DNA of 63,885 nucleotides, counting the filler, from Candidatus Nanoarchaeia archaeon (GTDB lineage Archaea > Nanobdellota > Nanobdellia > Woesearchaeales > DATDTY01), in NCBI GenBank assembly GCA_035290625.1. It is 5 parts of 4 records of this genome, joined end to end, with 100 filler letters (N's around TTAATTAATTAA, not from the genome) between each part and the next. Parts side by side here need not be neighbours in the genome. Positions count along the whole stretch, not along the records: positions 56,491 to 61,450 come from DATDTY010000051.1; positions 61,551 to 63,885 come from DATDTY010000070.1; 3 more parts are not named here. One strand, given 5' to 3'. Position numbers and translations under genes: made by a program. The notes below the pieces were generated by a model. The model saw only the letters and a program-made list of their open reading frames with translations, searched no databases and was not told the DNA's origin. This document shows, piece by piece, positions 57,055 to 63,885 of this stretch; within the stretch, counting starts at the first letter, position 1; every line of letters begins with the position of its first letter.

Positions 57055-57186
57055 TCAGGGATATTTTCATCCCTCATGCCCGTATCGGGTGAATGCGGCT
57101 TGTAAAGGAGGCCATATGATGAAGACGATGAGTGGAACCGAAAGGTTTAAATGTAAGCTATACTTACTTTCTTACGGTAAAGCAAA

Positions 57187-57438
57187 ATGACTGAAATAAT
57201 TACAATGTCCTCAAAAGGGCAGATCGTGGTTCCAAAGGATTTAAGGAAGCAATTCGGCTTGGATACAGGCACAAACTTTGCAATTTTTGGCAGGGATGAT
57301 ACCCTCATTTTAAAGAAGGTAAGTGTGCCTACAGCAAAGGAAGTCTTTGAGAGAGTGCATAAATGGGGGGCTCAATTAGCCAAGAAAAAAGGATGGAAAG
57401 AAGAAGACTTTACCAAAAAAGCTTCTGAGGGGCACTAA
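57187..57438 (+). CDS. AbrB/MazE-family antitoxin
   Basis: SSKGQIVVPKDLRKQFGL..G. Confidence 0.88.
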   Translation: MTEIITMSSKGQIVVPKDLRKQFGLDTGTNFAIFGRDDTLILKKVSVPTAKEVFERVHKWGAQLAKKKGWKEEDFTKKASEGH

Positions 57439-57441
57439 CAG

Positions 57442-57861
57442 GTGCAAAATCCTATTGTTGTTCTGGATACAAATATTTTTATCTCCTCTATATTCTGGGA
57501 AGGCAGCTCATATAGGATAGTCAGGAAAGCAATAGCCAGGGAGATTATAGTATTCATCTCTGATGAAATCGTAAACGAAATTCGGAGGGTTTTAGCCAGG
57601 GGTTTTTCATTGGCAAAGCAGGAAATTAAGAGTATCATAGACTCGGTGGCGTATTTCACCCATCTTATAAAGCCAAAAGAAAAGGTCGCTGTAGTTAAAG
57701 AAGACCCCGATGATGACAGGATTCTGGAGTGCGCTCTCGCCTGCGGAGCCAAATTCATCATCAGCTACAATAAGCATTTGCTTAAATTAAAGGGATTTAG
57801 AGACATTAAGATAATAACTCCGGAAGAATTCTTAAAAACAGGCAGCTTTCAAGCCGACTAA
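57442..57861 (+). CDS. PIN-domain toxin
   Basis: VVLDTNIFISS, DPDDDRILECA. Confidence 0.88.
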   Translation: MQNPIVVLDTNIFISSIFWEGSSYRIVRKAIAREIIVFISDEIVNEIRRVLARGFSLAKQEIKSIIDSVAYFTHLIKPKEKVAVVKEDPDDDRILECALACGAKFIISYNKHLLKLKGFRDIKIITPEEFLKTGSFQAD

Positions 57862-57874
57862 AGCTTATGCGCGA

Positions 57875-58864
57875 TTATACCAGCTGACCCAGGGATTGCC
57901 CTGGCTTGTATTTCGGATAAAGCCCAGGCTCCATGAACACCTTTGCTGTCTTGGCAGCAAGGCCTTTTTCCTTCTTTTTGATTTCCTCGGAATCCATTTT
58001 TGTCTCAGCAAGGCAGACCAGCTCATCTTTCAGCGTCATAACCGCAACAAGGCTCCCTTTCCGGATGCCATCATGCAGCCTGGATATTCCTGGAACAGAA
58101 AGGTCAGCGCCATGGCAGAGTGTATCGACAGTGGTGTCATGAACCCAGATCTTTTGCAGATGGGAGATTCCCTCTTCAGGAGGATGGATGCAGTGCCTGA
58201 GAAACTTCTCACCCCCCTTTTCGCGATAATAGTAGAATGCGTCGCTCAGATCATGCAGAGTAACCAAGGTTGATTCATCAAATGGCCCTGCCTTTGTTCT
58301 CCTGAGATTTGCCATATGCGCACCGCCAAGCTTTAGGCCGATGTCATGGCAGAGTTTCCTGATATAAGTTCCTGCCTCGCAGCCTACCTGAAATAAGACA
58401 TCCTTTCCATCAATCTCAAGGATGGTAAGATAATACACATTCCGCTTTCTCCTGACTCTTTTCACAGAGCTCTTCAGAGGAGGAACCTGATCAATCGTGC
58501 CTACAAAAAAGGACATGATCTTCCTCAGTTCAGCCTCTGGAACCTCCTTGTGAAGATGCATGACACAGACATATTCTTTTGGAGCCTTCAGCCACGTCTG
58601 CACAATCCGTGTTGCCTTTCCCAAAGCAACCGGAAGGACTCCGGTGACCTTAGGATCCAAAGAGCCCCCATGGCCTGACTTTTTAATGCCAAGAATTCTC
58701 TGCACAAAATCCGAAACCTGATGTGATGTCGGCCCTTCAGGCTTGTCAATGTTCACAACACCAAAATCCAAAAGCCTTTGGATGCTCCTCTTTTCAGGAA
58801 CCTCTCCGAACTCAGCTTTTGTCTCAGATGCTTTTTTCAGGATAACTGCATTTTGCATACTCAC
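57875..58864 (-). CDS. cbf5: H/ACA RNA-guided pseudouridine synthase Cbf5
   Basis: DKPEGPTSHQV, GHGGSLDPKVTG, GTYIRKLCHD, LRRT, PUA domain. Confidence 0.95.
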   Translation of the reverse strand: MSMQNAVILKKASETKAEFGEVPEKRSIQRLLDFGVVNIDKPEGPTSHQVSDFVQRILGIKKSGHGGSLDPKVTGVLPVALGKATRIVQTWLKAPKEYVCVMHLHKEVPEAELRKIMSFFVGTIDQVPPLKSSVKRVRRKRNVYYLTILEIDGKDVLFQVGCEAGTYIRKLCHDIGLKLGGAHMANLRRTKAGPFDESTLVTLHDLSDAFYYYREKGGEKFLRHCIHPPEEGISHLQKIWVHDTTVDTLCHGADLSVPGISRLHDGIRKGSLVAVMTLKDELVCLAETKMDSEEIKKKEKGLAAKTAKVFMEPGLYPKYKPGQSLGQLV

Positions 58865-59217
58865 AATTCCCCAGCAAATTTCTCAAGGCCGTCTTCAAAC
58901 TCTGCAGAGTCCTTTGAGATCTCCCTGATTTCTTTTCCAACAGAATAATACCGTACAGGCTTTCCGGTCTTCTTGGCAATCCGTATCTCTGCAAGGACTC
59001 CATCGCTTATCCTGCCAAAGACCCACACCTCATCAGCCTTCCGGAGTATGGAGTTGTTGGCATCCCTGACAACATCCCTCTCCACAGTATCCAGCATAAA
59101 ATACTCAAAATTCATAAAGGGGTTGATAGGGGCATATCCTTTCTTGAGCACAAATGCGGAGATGTGCATCCTGAAGTAGAACAGATGCTTCGAGAATGCC
59201 GGATAGACAAGCTTCAT
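58861..59217 (-). CDS. Hypothetical NDT-like/DUF4406-like protein
   Basis: PINPF, LRKADEVWVFG.ISDGVLAEI..A...GKPV; coupled to cbf5. Confidence 0.6.
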   Translation of the reverse strand: MKLVYPAFSKHLFYFRMHISAFVLKKGYAPINPFMNFEYFMLDTVERDVVRDANNSILRKADEVWVFGRISDGVLAEIRIAKKTGKPVRYYSVGKEIREISKDSAEFEDGLEKFAGEL

Positions 59218-59270
59218 CTTACCTTCAAAATCACCAAACCTTTAAATACCTTCACCTCACCGCCAATTCA

Positions 59271-60539
59271 ATGAAAATCATCGCAGACCTCCATCTCCAT
59301 GGAAGATATTCCCAGGCAACCTCAAAGAACCTCTCCATAAAAAACCTGGAAACCTACTCAGCCTACAAAGGGACAAATCTTCTTGGGACAGGAGACTTCA
59401 CCCACCCGAAATGGATTGAAGAAATAAAGAATGAATTGACAGAGGATGAAACCGGAATACTGAAAACAAAATCAGGGTTCAATTTTGTCCTTTCAACAGA
59501 GATCTCATTAATTTATTCCCAGGCAGGAAAAGGGCACAGGATCCACAACATTGTTTTGGCGCCTAACTTAGATGTCGTCAGGCAGATTACAGAGTACTTG
59601 TTGACAAAAGGCAGGGTGGATTATGACGGCAGGCCCATTTTCAAGATACCCTGCATGGATTTTGTAGAAAATCTAAGGAACATTTCCCAGGATATCGAGG
59701 TCATCCCTGCGCATTGCTGGACACCGTGGTTTTCTCTCTTCGGCTCAATGTCGGGCTTTGATTCTGTCAAGGAAGCGTTTGGCGATCAGGAAAAGCACAT
59801 CCATGCTATAGAGACAGGCCTTTCTTCAGACCCTGCAATGAACTGGAGGCTCTCCCAGCTCGACAAGTATGCAATCGTTTCCTTTTCAGATGCCCACAGC
59901 TACTGGCCCTGGAGGATTGGAAGGGAAGCAACAGTCTTTGAGCTTCCAAAACTGACCTATAAGAGTCTTATTACTGCATTAAGAACAAAAGAAGGCCTTA
60001 TGGAAACCATCGAGTTCTATCCTGAAGAGGGAAAATACCACTATGACGGCCACCGCTCCTGCAACATCTGCATGCATCCCGGGGATTCCATAAAAAATAG
60101 GAAGCTCTGCCCGAAATGCGGAAAGCAGATGACTATAGGAGTGATGCATCGGGTTGAGGAATTAGCAGACCGTCCGGAAGGCTTTAAGCCAAAAGGCGCA
60201 AAGCCATTCAGGAATGTTGTTCCTCTGGCAGAATTGATCTGCGCAGCAGCGAACATCAAGGTAGCTTCAAAAAAGATGTGGGAGGTGTACTCTCCCTTGA
60301 TCAAGCAGTTTGGAAATGAATTCAATCTTATTTTTGATGCTCCTGAAGAAGACCTGACAAAGTACACTGATGAAAAACTAAAAAACCTTATTCTCCTGAA
60401 TAGAAGCGGAAACATAAAGATGAAGCCGGGGTATGATGGAGTGTATGGAGAGATGATCCTGGATAAGGAAGGAGAGAAAAAACAGGAAACCCAGTCCTAC
60501 ACCCCGAAAGTCGTGCAGAAAGGATTGGAAGAGTTCTGA
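59271..60539 (+). CDS. PHP-family endonuclease Q-like DNA repair enzyme
   Basis: ADLHLH..YS.ATS, GTGDFTHP, PAHCWTPW, SDAHS, GKYH.DGHR.C, CPKC, GV..RV. Confidence 0.9.
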   Translation: MKIIADLHLHGRYSQATSKNLSIKNLETYSAYKGTNLLGTGDFTHPKWIEEIKNELTEDETGILKTKSGFNFVLSTEISLIYSQAGKGHRIHNIVLAPNLDVVRQITEYLLTKGRVDYDGRPIFKIPCMDFVENLRNISQDIEVIPAHCWTPWFSLFGSMSGFDSVKEAFGDQEKHIHAIETGLSSDPAMNWRLSQLDKYAIVSFSDAHSYWPWRIGREATVFELPKLTYKSLITALRTKEGLMETIEFYPEEGKYHYDGHRSCNICMHPGDSIKNRKLCPKCGKQMTIGVMHRVEELADRPEGFKPKGAKPFRNVVPLAELICAAANIKVASKKMWEVYSPLIKQFGNEFNLIFDAPEEDLTKYTDEKLKNLILLNRSGNIKMKPGYDGVYGEMILDKEGEKKQETQSYTPKVVQKGLEEF

Positions 60540-60665
60540 CGCATAGTAAGGGGGGATTCCCTCGAAGCGGAGTCAGTCCGAATAATAGACCCTAGAACCA
60601 CTCAGTTTCCTTAAAACGAAGGATTTAAATATATCTTAGGATATCATGATATACCCAATGATATT

Positions 60666-60905
60666 ATGGATATCACACCGTACGGTGTAGAGATAAAGAG
60701 GCATGCGTTTATCAGAGCTATGGAGAGAGATGTAACTCCAGATATGATTGAAGCTACATTAAAAGGCGGCAAAGTTGAGAGATTCGGAAAACACAATGTA
60801 AGGTTCATCAAGGATTGCAAAAGATTTACAGTCATATGTGTTGGCCAGATGATTGGCGCAAGAATAAAGATTTTTACAATTGAAACCAAAGGTGACAAAA
60901 AATGA
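60666..60905 (+). CDS. DUF4258/BrnT-RelE-like putative toxin
   Basis: HAFIRAMERDV...I, ends IFTI; overlaps downstream Zn-finger gene. Confidence 0.65.
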   Translation: MDITPYGVEIKRHAFIRAMERDVTPDMIEATLKGGKVERFGKHNVRFIKDCKRFTVICVGQMIGARIKIFTIETKGDKK

Positions 60906-61258
60906 AAAAGCTTCAAAAATCAGAGAGGTTTGACAGTGCTCATAAACGCAAAGCGTTTAAGACATGTTCAGAATGCAAAGGCGAAATGGAGGAATTAACC
61001 GATAAGACTCCAGAGGGTGTTGGATATACCTATTTTAAATGCGGAAAATGTGGTGAAGAAATATTGAATATGAGCCAGCTGCATACTGTTGCTGAGAAAT
61101 ATAGGGAGATGAAGAGATTTCATGCTAAGATTTCTAAATGGGGCATGAGTCTCGGGTTAAGGATACCCAAGGAATTAGTGCAGAAATACGGCCTCAAAGA
61201 TAATGAAGAAGTGGCTATGATCCCAGAGAAAGAAGGTATAAAGATAATACCTGTATAA
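60902..61258 (+). CDS. Zn-ribbon (YgiT/MqsA-like) + AbrB-domain antitoxin
   Basis: CSEC...CGKCGEE, KWGMSLGLRIPK. Confidence 0.8.
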   Translation: MKKLQKSERFDSAHKRKAFKTCSECKGEMEELTDKTPEGVGYTYFKCGKCGEEILNMSQLHTVAEKYREMKRFHAKISKWGMSLGLRIPKELVQKYGLKDNEEVAMIPEKEGIKIIPV

Positions 61259-61450
61259 AAAGATGAACAAAATGATTGGTGATACTATGGAATATTCGGA
61301 ACCATAAGAACACAAATGCTCTTCAATAAGGAGCAATCGCTTTGATTGCCTAACAAGTGACCCCAGGCGAAGGTGTTCGGAGGTAATCCGAATGAGAAGA
61401 AGATGGAAAAGGAAAAGTGGTTATGTTACGCCTGATTTGGCCATTCCTAA

Positions 61451-61550
61451 NNNNNNNNNNNNNNNNNNNNNNNNNNNNNNNNNNNNNNNNNNNNTTAATT
61501 AATTAANNNNNNNNNNNNNNNNNNNNNNNNNNNNNNNNNNNNNNNNNNNN
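61451..61550. other. Artificial contig linker
   Basis: N44-TTAATTAATTAA-N44. Confidence 0.99.
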
Positions 61551-63064
61551 TCCCTAAGCAGATCTTGAATCTTATTAATTTTTCTACGGATTTTGGCAGG
61601 TGTAGCACCATTTGAGGCAGCAACCAACTCCCTATTTGTATACCCCCTTCCATCAGCATACCCATACTTTTGAAAAAACAGGGGAATATAAGACTCAAGG
61701 GTTGGATATTCCTTGAATATCCGAGAGAGCTGATCCTTCATATTGTGCCGGTAGACTTGTTCGGTGGAAGGATACTGAAGCTTATCCCTCATCCTCTTTT
61801 TAATATTTTCTTCAACCTGACGCACACGCTCTCTGGTGACGCCAAACGCATTACCAACATCTTCCAGAATATGGGGGATACCATCTTTGATGCCTGTTCG
61901 CATTTCAAACATCTCTTTATCTCGCGGTGAGACTCGAAGGGTTTTCAAAACCTTTGTTAGTCTCTTTTGTTCTTCAGCCGCCATGGCTGGAACATAAGGC
62001 AACGGAATCTTGGTATCAGCGATAATCTCATGGAAAGTATAAGGGCCATCTTCCGTCAACAGATCATCCAGATGTATCATTCTGTTATGAATATTTAAAT
62101 CATAACCCGAAGAAGTCCTTGCCATGTATTCAACATCACTCCTGATGTGGGACTGATATTTAGGTAATGCAGAGATAATCGCTTGGATGCTGGGCTCTGC
62201 TCCATTCTGCTTTATAAATTCTATGACCCATGCTGCAATAACAGATCTCCGTTCATAGACATGAGCCGGAATCCGAATAGTGGCCCCTTGATTGACAATT
62301 GCTCTTGTTATAGAATAGTTGATCCACCATGTAGCATAGGTGCTTAATTTCGTCTGCCCACTTGTATTCGGATTAAGAGGAGTTGGATTGTACTTTAAGA
62401 TTGCATGTTGCAATCCAAGAACCCCTTCCTGAAAGAGATCCATAGGCTCGAGGCTAGGGCAATTCCTCCAATTTGCCTTTACTTTCCAATAGACGAGCCT
62501 GAAATTGGCCTCTATCAAGTCATCAACAGCACTCTCATCCCCCAGTCTCACTTGCTTCAGCAAAGCCTGCTCTTCCTCGAGGGTAAGCAAAGGCAGTTGG
62601 AAGAGGTAGTTAAGGAATCGCTGCTCAGGACTTATGCCCTTCTCAGGAAAATAAAGATTCTGCTCTCTCCGTATTCTTTCTGAACGTAGCTCCCTTCTTA
62701 GCTTTATGCCTCCATTTTCAATCTTTTTAATTAAAGGTTGGACATCTTGCGGATTAAGTAAGTAAGAATCAGTCATCGTTTCTGGCCTTTGAACAGGCAG
62801 CTCTCCTGCGCGAATAGCATCGTTGATTGCCTCATAAGGAAGCCTAGTCCTTTCCATGGCTTGAGGAATCGTGTAACCCTTAGGCTCAGGTTTTGAGTCT
62901 GGAGTGAGCCGCGTTGAGGCATAGACGGGCTCACAGCCAAGAACGCAAAGCGCGGCATAAACTACTTCCTTAGAAAGACCAGACATATCTGCAAGGATAG
63001 GGACAGGCGTGTCCTTATGGCCTTTAATCAGATTCAATATTTCCAAGGAAAGCCCCTGCACCAT
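61551..63064 (-). CDS. RpoD-like sigma-70 family protein with additional HTH modules (3'-truncated)
   Basis: Region 1.2 YL..LPLLTLEEE; 2.1 LIEANFRLV; 2.2 DLFQEGVLGL; 2.3 STYATWWI; 3.0 TIRIPAH; 4.2 LEDVGNAFGVTRERVRQ. Confidence 0.92.
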
Positions 63065-63087
63065 TCTCAGTAAGAACGTGCAAGCCC

Positions 63088-63116
63088 TATAAAAACATTT
63101 CCGCAATCTATAAATA
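63088..63116. promoter_or_regulatory. Back-to-back archaeal TATA boxes for the sigma-like gene and polX
   Basis: Minus strand GCGGAAATG-TTTTTATA about 23 nt before ATG 63064; plus strand CTATAAATA about 22 nt before ATG 63139. Confidence 0.65.
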
Positions 63117-63138
63117 GCCAGTTCTCCTCAATCGGTGT

Positions 63139-63885
63139 ATGAAGAATGCAGAAATTGCGTCTCTCTTTTATAAGATGGCTGAGTATCTTGAAATAAAAGG
63201 AGAGCAATTCAAGCCACAGGCATACCGCAAGGCAGCAATGACGATTGAGGAATTGGACGAAGACATTGCTGAAATAGCAAAGCAAGGAAAGCTTCAGGAG
63301 CTTCCAGGGATTGGAGAGTCTCTCGCAAAGAAGATTGCTGAGTACATCCAGACAGGAAGAATCCAGGCATTTGAAAGATTACGGAAGGAGCTGCCAATCG
63401 ATATTGAGGCCCTGGAGAAGATAGAGGGCATTGGACCAAAGAAAATCGCTTTTTTGTACAAGAAGTTCGGGGTGAGGAAGCCAGAAGATTTGCAGAGAAT
63501 CATTAAGAGGGGAAAGTTGAAGGGAGTAAAGGGCTTTGGAGAGAAGAGTGAAAAGAAGTTCCTTGAAGGCATCGAGTTCAGCAAGAAGGATGGAAGCAGG
63601 GTGCTTTTGGGAGTGGCATTGCCTGAGGCTGAGGCCATTCAGGAGGTTTTGCGAAAACAACAAGAGGTAAGAAAGGCCGAGATTGCAGGATCTTTAGGGA
63701 GGAAAAAAGAAACCATCGGAGATATTGACATTCTTATCCAAAGCTCTGATGCAGGGAAAACCTTTGATTTTATTTCTCAGCTCGAATCTGTCAGAAGGGT
63801 TTTGGCGAAAGGCGGGACAAAAATATCCGTCATCCTGAAATCAGGGATCCAGGTTGATGTGAGGAATGTTCCTGCTGCTTCATGG
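63139..63885 (+). CDS. polX: DNA polymerase X family (3'-partial; missing from ORF track)
   Basis: MKNAEIASLFYKMAEYLEIKGEQFKPQAYRKAA, HhH LPGIGESLAKKI, IEGIGPKK, AGSLGRKKETIGDIDIL, QVDVR. Confidence 0.93.
   Translation, partial: MKNAEIASLFYKMAEYLEIKGEQFKPQAYRKAAMTIEELDEDIAEIAKQGKLQELPGIGESLAKKIAEYIQTGRIQAFERLRKELPIDIEALEKIEGIGPKKIAFLYKKFGVRKPEDLQRIIKRGKLKGVKGFGEKSEKKFLEGIEFSKKDGSRVLLGVALPEAEAIQEVLRKQQEVRKAEIAGSLGRKKETIGDIDILIQSSDAGKTFDFISQLESVRRVLAKGGTKISVILKSGIQVDVRNVPAASW

Noticed and set aside
20767..61550. Four identical TTAATTAATTAA palindromes in N-runs
   Set aside because: Artificial six-frame-stop contig linkers; ORFs ending in X..LIN or X..N are artefacts.
63067..63663. Minus-strand ORFs in the track
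   Set aside because: Shadows of plus-strand polX, which runs off the window end.

Overview
Archaeal DNA, shown by prefoldin alpha, Cbf5, Pth2, a DRG GTPase, a Hel308-like helicase, TATA-box promoters and tRNAs with bulge-helix-bulge (BHB) introns. It is probably a DPANN/Woesearchaeota-like MAG (inference). Five contigs are joined by artificial 100-nt N44-TTAATTAATTAA-N44 linkers (20767-20866, 52284-52383, 56391-56490, 61451-61550), so adjacency across linkers is meaningless. Content: two surface-glycan biosynthesis and decoration regions (two carbamoyltransferases, two B12 radical SAMs, SGNH, flippases, GT2/GT4/GT-C, epimerases, aminotransferase), giant secreted proteins (LamG/Gly-rich and an S8 protease), housekeeping genes, four putative toxin-antitoxin pairs, a complete TnpA-only IS200/IS605 element and four intron-containing tRNAs (7 introns). 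Main highlights: (1) a dispersed family of five ~161-bp intergenic elements with terminal inverted repeats, four stems with compensatory substitutions, and an internal loop with two fixed-length (18-19 nt) hypervariable strands, resembling a guide-bearing structured RNA or MITE; (2) a bacterial-type RpoD-like sigma-70 with extra HTH modules behind an archaeal TATA promoter; (3) a tRNA-Ile with the rare UAU anticodon and three introns; (4) an acylphosphatase gene wedged between two tRNAs and overlapping tRNA-Gly, followed by a tRNA-minihelix-like duplication.
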